From an uncultured Gammaproteobacteria bacterium (GTDB lineage Bacteria; Patescibacteriota; Patescibacteriia; Patescibacteriales; JAGXOH01): 35,814 nt of DNA. The DNA lies in contig CAZEHL010000005.1 of assembly GCA_964512155.1 (NCBI GenBank), positions 1 to 35,814 of the forward strand, given 5' to 3'. The translations under genes and the position numbers were made by a program. The notes under the pieces are model-generated. The model saw only the letters and a list, made by a program, of their open reading frames with translations, was not told the origin of the DNA and did no database searches. Positions 8,327-15,858 of this stretch are shown in pieces (position 1 is the first letter of the stretch; each line of letters begins with the position of its first letter).

Positions 8327-9358
8327 ATGAAATTGTGTAATCCTGCAAAGCTAGAAAAGGGTGACACTATCGGAATAGTTTCCCCTTCATCCGGATTAGC
8401 TAATTTATTCCCCCATAGAGTAGAAAAAGGGAAGAGAATGTTGGAAGAGATGGGGTTTAATGTTGTTTTTTCTAAACATTCTCTTGAGAAGTGGGGCTGG
8501 ACATCAGGTTCTCCTTTCGATCGTACAAATGATTTGCATGAAATGTTTTCCCGGCGGGATATCAAGGCTATCATTTGTACCATTGGAGGAAATCATTCAA
8601 ATCAATTATTAAAATATATAGACTTTGATCTGGTAGCTAAAAATAAAAAAATATTTTTAGGCTATTCAGATATTACTGTTTTACATTATGCATTTGCGCA
8701 AAAATCAAATTTAAGAACTTTTTATGGACCCTGTCTTATGCCTGAATTTGGGGAGTATCCAGAAATACTTCCTTACACCTTAAAATTTTTTAAGAGTGCT
8801 TTAATGAAAACTGATCCAATAGGAAAGATTGTTCAATCTGATACTTGGACCGATGAATTTTTAGATTGGTTTAAAAAAGAGGATTTGACCCGCCCCAGAA
8901 CTATGAATGAATCAAAGGGGTATGAATGGTGGCAAGAAGGTAAAGCTGAAGGTCAAATAATAGGAGGAGCGATTCCCACTTTAACATATTTGGCCGGCAC
9001 TGAATATTGGATCGATCCTAAGGGTAAACTTTTTTTTATAGATATTCCGGAGGGGGATTATCCGGGAGAACCATTCAGCAAATCTTGGCTAGATACATTT
9101 TTGTCTAATATGGACAATCTTGGTGTCTTTAGTTCCATCTCTGGATTAATTATTGGTAGGCCTTATGGTTATCAAAATAAGGACAATGAAGAGCTGAAAG
9201 AGATCATGGGAAAATATACTAAAGATCATAATTTCCCTATATTGTTCAATGTTAATCTAGGTCATACATCTCCAATTATAACTTTACCGTTTGGAGCTAA
9301 AGCTATTATTGACTCTGAAAATAATAATTTCGAAATTTTGGAATCAGGAGTAAAATAA
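8327..9358 (+). CDS. S66 LD-carboxypeptidase / MccF-like serine peptidase
   Basis: 343 aa. GDTIGIVSPSSG N-terminus, nucleophile context GYSDITVLH, NLGHTSP histidine. 9-nt gap from the methyltransferase. Confidence 0.85.
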   Translation: MKLCNPAKLEKGDTIGIVSPSSGLANLFPHRVEKGKRMLEEMGFNVVFSKHSLEKWGWTSGSPFDRTNDLHEMFSRRDIKAIICTIGGNHSNQLLKYIDFDLVAKNKKIFLGYSDITVLHYAFAQKSNLRTFYGPCLMPEFGEYPEILPYTLKFFKSALMKTDPIGKIVQSDTWTDEFLDWFKKEDLTRPRTMNESKGYEWWQEGKAEGQIIGGAIPTLTYLAGTEYWIDPKGKLFFIDIPEGDYPGEPFSKSWLDTFLSNMDNLGVFSSISGLIIGRPYGYQNKDNEELKEIMGKYTKDHNFPILFNVNLGHTSPIITLPFGAKAIIDSENNNFEILESGVK

Positions 9359-9359
9359 A

Positions 9360-9389
9360 CCCCTCGATTTTATTCAACCGAGGGGTTTT
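9360..9389 (+). terminator. intrinsic terminator of the AsnRS-like/MTase/S66 operon
   Basis: cccctcg-12 nt-cgagggg followed by tttt, starting 2 nt after the stop. Confidence 0.7.
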
Positions 9390-9393
9390 GTAG

Positions 9394-9639
9394 TTATTCT
9401 CCGATATCCGTTCGATAATCAAGAGCGTTGGGTACAACTTCCTTTAAAACCTCATAAATTCTTTTTCTTGCCTCCTTCATCGTTTTATTGGAATGTTCGA
9501 ATAATAAAACAGGGGAATTCTGGAGTTGTAATGTGCGATAATCATTATCTTCTTCAATTGCATCCACCCATCCAGTAAAGGCTCTATAATATTTAGCGTG
9601 GTGGAAAGCTAAAAAAAGCAGGACATTTCTATTTCCCCT
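9394..9639 (-). pseudogene. start-less 81-codon open frame, possible 3' gene remnant
   Basis: Open from stop to stop (...FHHAKYYRAFTGWVDAIEEDNDYRTLQLQNSPVLLFEHSNKTMKEARKRIYEVLKEV...GE*) with no plausible start or RBS. Its 5' part coincides with repeat copy B. Confidence 0.2.
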
Positions 9640-9644
9640 TTACA
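9580..9644 (+). repeat. conserved intergenic element, copy B (distal part plus core; proximal part displaced to 10965 onward by the IS)
   Basis: ggctctataatatttagcgtggtggaaagctaaaaaaagcaggacatttctatttcccctttaca aligns at roughly 80 percent (by eye) with copy C at 15630-15694. Confidence 0.75.
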
Positions 9645-9650
9645 AGCAAG

Positions 9651-10964
9651 TCACTAGTGTCCGAGATAATTTTCACCAGAAACTCATTTGAGGATTTTCA
9701 ACCCTCTTTATTTTAAAAACGGTTTGGCTGTCCAAGGATAATAAATCAATTAAATTCCTCCTGATCATCAAAGTTTCTCTGATCATTCTGGTTAGCTCAA
9801 GCAGGGATTTGGAAAATTTAGTCTGAAATTTGATGTAAACAAGTAACAAATAATAGATCATGGCTATCCAGATCTGCGTCATAACCGCATTTTTACCGGT
9901 TCCCAGGAAAGTTTTGATTTTCAAATTCTGTTTTATCCATTTAAAAAATAACTCTATCTGCCACCTATCTTTGTAGATATCAGCAACCTGCTTAGCTGAT
10001 AATTCAAAATTATTTGTTAAATAGACATACTTCTTTTTAGTTTCCTTGTCCCAATATTTAATTCTTCTCAATCTATCGGGGTATTTTTTGTAATGCATAA
10101 CACTGTAATCCCCGAATATCACCATTTCATCGGCTAATATTCCTTTTTCCATTTTTTTGCCCTCATGCTGTCCGACAACAAAGATATTTTGATTGGTTTT
10201 TGCTCTTGAGACGAAAAATAGCCCCTTCTCATTCATTTTCTTCCACTGTTCATAATCAATGTAGGCGCGGTCAAAAGTCAATATACTGCCTTTTTCAAGC
10301 CTGTCTAGGTCTATTTGCTTAAATACGGATACATCTGCGCTTTTACCATCTGTGATATTAACTAACTCCGGAATTGCTGTCCGATTGTTTAGGAGTGTAT
10401 GAATTTTGAGTGCTCCTTTGGTGGTTCTGTATTTGGCCCAGTCGAACATGGACAGGCATAATTGGATTGTGGTGGAGTCGAAACTGTATAAGGGGTTGTT
10501 GAAGCTAAATTTTTCATTGTTCCCGGAAGCCATTTCCCGGCATTGATCCAATAACTGGTAAAACAATTTTTCATAAATTCGATAGTCCCGCCTGGCATTG
10601 GCGTCCGACAGAGTGGATTTGGCTGAAGTTTTCACTCCCAAATGATACCAGCTACCCTCATGCATATCAAAGCCTGTCTCTATTTCTCTTAAACTCTCTT
10701 TGCCCGTGGCTTGGGCAAAAAGCATCAGGATAAATTGATTCCAGGCATTCATTTTTTTAGTGGATTTATCAGCGTTATGTTCTTTTACAAATTGTTCAAA
10801 TTTGTATTTAGGTAGAAAACCTAGTAATTGGTTAAAGATTGTGTTAGTGTATTTATACATAGAAGTCCGAATTTTTAGAGTTAATAATAGTTTCGACACC
10901 TATATTATACCCTAAAATCGGGCTTCTTTTAATTTTTGGTGAAAATTATCTCGGACACTAGTGA
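9651..10964 (-). mobile_element. complete IS4-family-like insertion sequence (1314 bp)
   Basis: Perfect 28-bp terminal inverted repeats: tcactagtgtccgagataattttcacca at 9651-9678 and its reverse complement at 10937-10964. A single transposase ORF fills the element. No clean target-site duplication seen. Confidence 0.85.
9673..10860 (-). CDS. IS4-like DDE transposase (DUF4372-type N-terminus)
   Basis: The N-terminus MYKYTNTIFNQLLGFLPKYKFEQFV...FILMLFAQATGKESLREIE is typical of DUF4372+DDE_Tnp_1 transposases. The ORF track extends to a GTG at 10899; ATG 10860 is preferred. Confidence 0.85.
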   Translation of the reverse strand: MYKYTNTIFNQLLGFLPKYKFEQFVKEHNADKSTKKMNAWNQFILMLFAQATGKESLREIETGFDMHEGSWYHLGVKTSAKSTLSDANARRDYRIYEKLFYQLLDQCREMASGNNEKFSFNNPLYSFDSTTIQLCLSMFDWAKYRTTKGALKIHTLLNNRTAIPELVNITDGKSADVSVFKQIDLDRLEKGSILTFDRAYIDYEQWKKMNEKGLFFVSRAKTNQNIFVVGQHEGKKMEKGILADEMVIFGDYSVMHYKKYPDRLRRIKYWDKETKKKYVYLTNNFELSAKQVADIYKDRWQIELFFKWIKQNLKIKTFLGTGKNAVMTQIWIAMIYYLLLVYIKFQTKFSKSLLELTRMIRETLMIRRNLIDLLSLDSQTVFKIKRVENPQMSFW

Positions 10965-10980
10965 TAGAGCCCTGCGACAT

Positions 10981-11008
10981 TTGACTTTTAAATATAATAT
11001 GGTAAAAT
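10981..11008 (+). promoter_or_regulatory. candidate cysS promoter (extended -10)
   Basis: TTGACT, 16-nt spacer, TGgTAAAAT. Homologous in position and sequence to the promoter after repeat copy C. Confidence 0.45.
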
Positions 11009-11021
11009 TAAACAAAAATTT

Positions 11022-11087
11022 AAAGGAAAAGAAAATGAAATAATGTCATAAAATAAAGGAAAAGAAAATGAAATAATGTCATAAAAC
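11022..11087 (+). repeat. 33-bp tandem direct duplication in the cysS leader
   Basis: aaaggaaaagaaaatgaaataatgtcataaaat repeated twice (32/33 identical), ending 30 nt before the cysS ATG. Confidence 0.85.
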
Positions 11088-11117
11088 TAGACACGAAAGA
11101 AAAATAATAATTAGATT

Positions 11118-12566
11118 ATGATAAAAATATATAATTCTTTGAGTAGAAAAAAGGAAGAATTTAAGCCTGTACAAGAACAAGAAGTTAATATGTATGCTTG
11201 CGGGGTTACTCCTTATGCCGATATCCATGTCGGCCATGCCAGGCAAGCAATTGTGTATGATATTATTAGAGCTTATTTTAAGTATCGTGGTTATAATGTA
11301 AATTATATACGTAATTTTACTGATGTGGATGACAAAATAATCGATAAAGCCAATAAAGAAAAAAAAGAAAGTGGTCATATCAGTGAATATTATATCCAGG
11401 AAAACACCAAAGACCTGGATTCACTTAAAGTCCATCGAGCCACTCATGAACCAAAAGTTACTGATTGCATCCCGGAGATAATCGAATTCATTCAAAAATT
11501 GATTGACAAGGGATATGCTTACGAAGCAGGTGGAGATATTTTTTTTGAGATTAATAAATACAGTGAGTATGGAAAATTGTCTAATCGAAAAAAAGAAGAC
11601 TTGATAAATTCGGATGAATCTCCGAACAAGAGAAATAGCAATGACTTTGTTTTATGGAAATCACATAAACCAGGAGAGCCATATTGGGAATCACCGTGGT
11701 CCAAGGGACGCCCAGGTTGGCACATTGAGTGCTCTGTGATGGCCCATAAGTATTTAGGGAGTGAAATAGATATTCATGGTGGAGGATTAGACCTAATTTT
11801 TCCTCATCATGAAAATGAAATTGCGCAAAGTGAAGCCTATTCCGGTAAAAAATTCGCTCATTATTGGGTTCATAACGGCACAGTAATGATTGAAGGAGCT
11901 AAGATGAGCAAAAGTGAGGGTAATTTCCTAATAGTCAAAGATATATTAACTGAATTTTTCCCGGATGAGATTAGATATGCTATTTTGGCCCATCACTACA
12001 ACTCAAATATGGATTTTTCTTATGAATTACTTTTGAATGCGCGAAAACGAGTATATTATTTTTATAAAAGTTTGGACAAATTTGCTAATATTGCGAATAG
12101 AAAGAATGAGAAGATTGATATAAATAAAGATAAGTTACCAGCAAGCATTACCAATTTCGAGAAAAAATTCGTAGAGTATATGGATAATGACTTTAACACG
12201 CCCAAAGTATTTTCCGAACTCTCCGAGGCTTTCAAGATTTTAAACAAGATTGCTGATTCCCAAGAATATTCATCCGCTGAGAAGAGCTCTGTTTTTAATA
12301 TTTTCTTTGAGCAATTCAATAAAATTTCAGCTGTTCTCAGGTTGTTTGATGAAAATCCAAAAAAATATCTGGCACAATTTAAAAGAAAATTCTTGCAGGA
12401 TCAAGGGGTGAATGAACAATATATAGAGCGGAAAATAATCGAGCGACAAAAGGCTAAAAAAGAAAAGGACTATACAAAGGCGGACCATATCAAGGAGGAA
12501 CTTTTGGAAAAGGGGATTTCAGTGCAAGATCTACCTTATTCCACAAGTTGGGATATAATATTATGA
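11118..12566 (+). CDS. cysS: cysteine--tRNA ligase
   Basis: 482 aa. HIGH-type motif HVGHARQA and KMSKS motif (AKMSKSEGN). Class I CysRS length and layout. Confidence 0.92.
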   Translation: MIKIYNSLSRKKEEFKPVQEQEVNMYACGVTPYADIHVGHARQAIVYDIIRAYFKYRGYNVNYIRNFTDVDDKIIDKANKEKKESGHISEYYIQENTKDLDSLKVHRATHEPKVTDCIPEIIEFIQKLIDKGYAYEAGGDIFFEINKYSEYGKLSNRKKEDLINSDESPNKRNSNDFVLWKSHKPGEPYWESPWSKGRPGWHIECSVMAHKYLGSEIDIHGGGLDLIFPHHENEIAQSEAYSGKKFAHYWVHNGTVMIEGAKMSKSEGNFLIVKDILTEFFPDEIRYAILAHHYNSNMDFSYELLLNARKRVYYFYKSLDKFANIANRKNEKIDINKDKLPASITNFEKKFVEYMDNDFNTPKVFSELSEAFKILNKIADSQEYSSAEKSSVFNIFFEQFNKISAVLRLFDENPKKYLAQFKRKFLQDQGVNEQYIERKIIERQKAKKEKDYTKADHIKEELLEKGISVQDLPYSTSWDIIL

Positions 12567-12839
12567 TCTTCTGTAAATTAGAGGGGCAAGTTTTATTGCA
12601 ACAGAGTTGTCGCCGGGGACTTATAAGTAGAATTTTCGAAAATATTGTGCTACTCCAGTTTATTTAGACACCAAGCCATTATTAAGTGGGGTCTACTGAC
12701 AAAGTCAGCCAGGAGATAAGAATTTTAATAATAAAGAAAAATTATTTTCCTTACATCAAGAGAAAGAAAAGAAATAATTTTTCAGGACTTGTTAATTTTT
12801 TTGAAAAATTAGCAATCCCCTTAATTAATTTATAGCATT

Positions 12840-13340
12840 ATGGAAAAAATAAAAAAAATGGAAGAAGAAAATAGCAAAGAATCGATTAATTTATCTTTCC
12901 GGGAGGCTGGTAATGATGAGTTGGAAAGCATAACAGAAATATGGTGGGAAAATATTGCACAAGATGGGAGAGACTTAAAAGAAGATGCTAAAGAGCAACG
13001 GCTTAGAGAATATCAAGATAGAATTGAGAGCGAAGATGATTGTTTTATTTTGGCAGAGGCAGAGACAAAAGGGGTGGTAGGATATATCCATTGTGTTTTA
13101 GAAAGTAACAAATATGAATCCAAAGAAGGGGAAGATGTTACCGGATGGATAAAAACATTAGCGGTTGACAAAGAAATGCAGGGGCAAAGAATCGGAAGTA
13201 AATTAATTAAACAAGCGGAAGAGTATTTTAAAAAGAAGGGGGTAAGTAAAGTGTATATAAAAACCAATCAAGTTGATTTTTATGAAAAAGCGGGGTTTGA
13301 AAAATTTACTTATATATTAAAAAAGAATCTTGAAAATTAA
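12840..13340 (+). CDS. GNAT-family N-acetyltransferase
   Basis: 166 aa. Motif A LAVDKEMQGQRIGSKLIKQAEEYFKKKG. Confidence 0.75.
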   Translation: MEKIKKMEEENSKESINLSFREAGNDELESITEIWWENIAQDGRDLKEDAKEQRLREYQDRIESEDDCFILAEAETKGVVGYIHCVLESNKYESKEGEDVTGWIKTLAVDKEMQGQRIGSKLIKQAEEYFKKKGVSKVYIKTNQVDFYEKAGFEKFTYILKKNLEN

Positions 13341-14484
13341 ATTAATAGAAAATATGAATGAGGATAATGTAAATAAACAATTTCCTTCTACAAAAAAAAG
13401 GTTGCATGTTGAACTTACGGGTAAATGCAATTTAAAGTGCGTGTATTGCTTCCAGTCTTCGTGGAATACCCCTGAAAAAGTCAAGCAAGAATTGTCATCG
13501 GACGATTTTAAAAAAATCATAGATCAAGCTCAAGAAATTGGATGTGAAGTGGTAACTATCACAGGAGGAGAGCCTTTTTTAAGACGAGATATTTGGGATA
13601 TAATCAGATATTGCGAAGGACTTAAAGTGGAGATATTGACCAACAGTGAACTTTTACAAAAGAGCGATATTAGGTATATAGGAGAAAATTTACCTCAGGT
13701 AAAAGTGCTCAAGATAAGTATAGATGGCACAGAAGGACATGATATTACACGGAAGGGGAGTAGTTACACGAAAATTTTAGAGAATTTTTATTTATTTAAA
13801 CAATACACACAATGTAAGTTAATTGCCAATACTATTATCACTTATTTTACTGCTAGGGACCTACTTTCATTATATAAAGAGTTGAAAAAAGTCCCGATTG
13901 ATACCTGGCGGATAGATCTTCCTTTCTTGTCGGGTAGATATGTTGAGAACAGAGAGAATTATGAGATTTCACCGGGGAAAAGCATGGAGTTTATTATCCC
14001 TTTATTAAAGGAATATTTTGATGATAGAAAACCTTTTGAGCTTGAGCTATTTAATTTATATAAGTCCGGGATTATTACTAATGAATTATTTGAATTTGAC
14101 GTAAATTTGCACCCATGTTCCTATAGCGGATGGCGGACTTTATGCATCAAGCCCAATGGTGATTTAATTTTTTGTCCATCTTTGTTAACTCCTTTTTCCA
14201 ATATTAAAAATAAATATGGAGAGATTAATATATCGAAAGCAATTGAAGATGCTAAAAAAAATAATTTCTTTCAAATAAGTGTAGGAGACATTGAAAAATG
14301 TAAAAATTGTAAATATTTAAATATATGCGGAAGTGGGTGTAGGGCGGATGCGCTATATTGGGAGAATGACATTTTAGCCCCCGACCCGGTTGCCTGTAAA
14401 TATATGGAGTTGATGGAAAAGAGAGTTCTACCAATTTTGCCGCAAGAGGAGTCCGTTTATCTTAGTAAATTAATTAAACAATGA
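13330..14484 (+). CDS. radical SAM / SPASM-domain enzyme 1
   Basis: CNLKCVYC (CxxxCxxC) cluster near the N-terminus, GGEP motif, and C-terminal Cys-rich SPASM-like CKNCKYLNICGSGCRADA. The start is ambiguous: TTG at 13330 overlaps the GNAT stop, and an ATG lies at 13354. Confidence 0.85.
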   Translation: MKIKLIENMNEDNVNKQFPSTKKRLHVELTGKCNLKCVYCFQSSWNTPEKVKQELSSDDFKKIIDQAQEIGCEVVTITGGEPFLRRDIWDIIRYCEGLKVEILTNSELLQKSDIRYIGENLPQVKVLKISIDGTEGHDITRKGSSYTKILENFYLFKQYTQCKLIANTIITYFTARDLLSLYKELKKVPIDTWRIDLPFLSGRYVENRENYEISPGKSMEFIIPLLKEYFDDRKPFELELFNLYKSGIITNELFEFDVNLHPCSYSGWRTLCIKPNGDLIFCPSLLTPFSNIKNKYGEINISKAIEDAKKNNFFQISVGDIEKCKNCKYLNICGSGCRADALYWENDILAPDPVACKYMELMEKRVLPILPQEESVYLSKLIKQ

Positions 14485-15500
14485 GTTTGCAATTTATTCC
14501 CAAAATATTATCGGTAGATATAACTAATAAATGCAACAATAATTGTAAATATTGTAGAGATATACACAACAATATTAGTCGAAAATTGTCCAATAAAACT
14601 TTTAAAAGAAGAATAAAAAATATAGTTGGACAGATAGAGGGGGTGAAATGGATGAAATTGTCGGGTGGCGAACCTTTGTTAGAGTTGGATACAGTAAAAG
14701 ATTTTGTAAATTTTTGTTCCCAGAGGGGTATAAATACACTTTTACAGACGAACGGATTTCTTTTGAATAACGAAACTGTCCTTTCATTGAAAAAAGCCGG
14801 CATTTCAAAAATTCAAATAAGCATTGACGGTGGAAAAAGAAAACATGATGAGTTGCGGGGCAGAGGATCATATAAAAAAATAATTAATGCTTTAGAGCGA
14901 TGCATGAAACATGATATAATTTTTCAGTTAAAATGCACCATAACCAACAAGAATAAAGATAGTTTAGAAGATATATTTAGGATTGCTCTATATTATCCTC
15001 CGGAAAGGTTGAATTTTAGATTTCTGTTGCCCATAGGAAGGGCAAACAGTAAAGAGTTTAAAGAAATTGACTCCTCTAAGAGAAAAGAGATAATAGATCA
15101 ACTTTATACATTGTCCAACAATTACGGAGTGGAAATAATCACCGGAGATCCATGTTCATACTTATATCTATTTAAGCATTTAAAGAGCAAACAATTTTCT
15201 TATTATGAGAGTGCTTGTAATATTGGAATAGATTCTATACATATTTCATCAGATGGATTCTTAAAACCTTGTTCAATGATTGATTATAGTTTAGGGGATA
15301 TATTAAAGGATGATTTTTGGGACATTTGGAAGAACAATGATTTTCTTAAAAAAAATAGAGAAAAGAACTTTGTTAAATGCGGTATTTGTAGGTATAAATA
15401 TAATTGTGGCGGTTGCAGGGCGGTTGCCTTCGCGAATTACGGGAGTTATTTTGAAAAAGATAATTCATGTTTTATGTTTTGCAAGGAGAATAATTTATAA
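14481..15500 (+). CDS. radical SAM / SPASM-domain enzyme 2
   Basis: CNNNCKYC cluster, SGGEPLL, and C-terminal CGICRYKYNCGGCRAVA. The start overlaps the upstream stop (ATGA), indicating translational coupling. Confidence 0.85.
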   Translation: MSLQFIPKILSVDITNKCNNNCKYCRDIHNNISRKLSNKTFKRRIKNIVGQIEGVKWMKLSGGEPLLELDTVKDFVNFCSQRGINTLLQTNGFLLNNETVLSLKKAGISKIQISIDGGKRKHDELRGRGSYKKIINALERCMKHDIIFQLKCTITNKNKDSLEDIFRIALYYPPERLNFRFLLPIGRANSKEFKEIDSSKRKEIIDQLYTLSNNYGVEIITGDPCSYLYLFKHLKSKQFSYYESACNIGIDSIHISSDGFLKPCSMIDYSLGDILKDDFWDIWKNNDFLKKNREKNFVKCGICRYKYNCGGCRAVAFANYGSYFEKDNSCFMFCKENNL

Positions 15501-15505
15501 TAATT

Positions 15506-15540
15506 TTCTATTTATTAAAAAATAATTTTAATAAATAGAA
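15506..15540 (+). terminator. perfect AT-only hairpin directly after rSAM-2
   Basis: ttctatttattaaaa-aataa-ttttaataaatagaa: 15-bp perfect arms. The stem is all A/T, so terminator function is uncertain. Confidence 0.3.
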
Positions 15541-15550
15541 AGAAAAAATT

Positions 15551-15586
15551 ATGCAATCTTTGAAAGGACATTGTATGGATTGTTAA
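15551..15586 (+). CDS. 11-codon Cys-containing mini-ORF (MQSLKGHCMDC), speculative
   Basis: ATG 15551, TAA 15584-15586. Sits between the AT hairpin and a GC-rich terminator. Only a weak purine-rich stretch lies upstream. Confidence 0.12.
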   Translation: MQSLKGHCMDC

Positions 15587-15591
15587 TCCTT

Positions 15592-15620
15592 ACAAACGCC
15601 CACTTTAAGTGGGCGTTTGT
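15592..15620 (+). terminator. intrinsic terminator-like hairpin ending the GNAT/rSAM unit
   Basis: acaaacgcccac-tttaa-gtgggcgtttgt: perfect 12-bp stem. Only a short T tract follows. Confidence 0.6.
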
Positions 15621-15629
15621 GATTCTTGG

Positions 15630-15713
15630 AGCTCTACAATATTTAATGTGATGCAAAGTTAAAAAAAGTAGGACATTTCTGTTCCCCCTTTACATAGAGC
15701 TGCAACTCTTGAC
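15630..15713 (+). repeat. conserved intergenic element, copy C (complete, uninterrupted)
   Basis: agctctacaatatttaatgtgatgcaaagttaaaaaaagtaggacatttctgttccccctttacatagagctgcaactcttgac. Aligns with copy B on both sides of the IS insertion point. Confidence 0.75.
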
Positions 15714-15737
15714 TTATTTTGAATAAATTGTTATATT
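15709..15737 (+). promoter_or_regulatory. candidate promoter downstream of repeat copy C
   Basis: TTGACT, 17-nt spacer, TATATT. Confidence 0.45.
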
Positions 15738-15858
15738 AAAAGTGTTAGTGCCACTAACACTTTTTAAAAACAAAAAGGAGGGAATAAAACAAAAACTTTG
15801 TTTGTTTTATTTTATTTGTCCTTTGACAATACCAACCAAAATTACAGGAGGTATAAAT

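Noticed and set aside
4177-15694. Possibility that the about 25-nt conserved box (GGACATTTCT..CCCCTTTACA) is a CRISPR repeat
   Set aside because: Copies are 5-6 kb apart with genes between them. No regularly spaced short spacers and no cas genes in the window.
15742-15858. 5' extensions proposed by the ORF track (also 2312-2389, 3022-3099, 23156-23179, 34256-34288, 35720-35767)
   Set aside because: In each case an internal ATG has a GGAGG-type RBS at proper spacing, or the extension overlaps a promoter or terminator hairpin. The shorter models are preferred.
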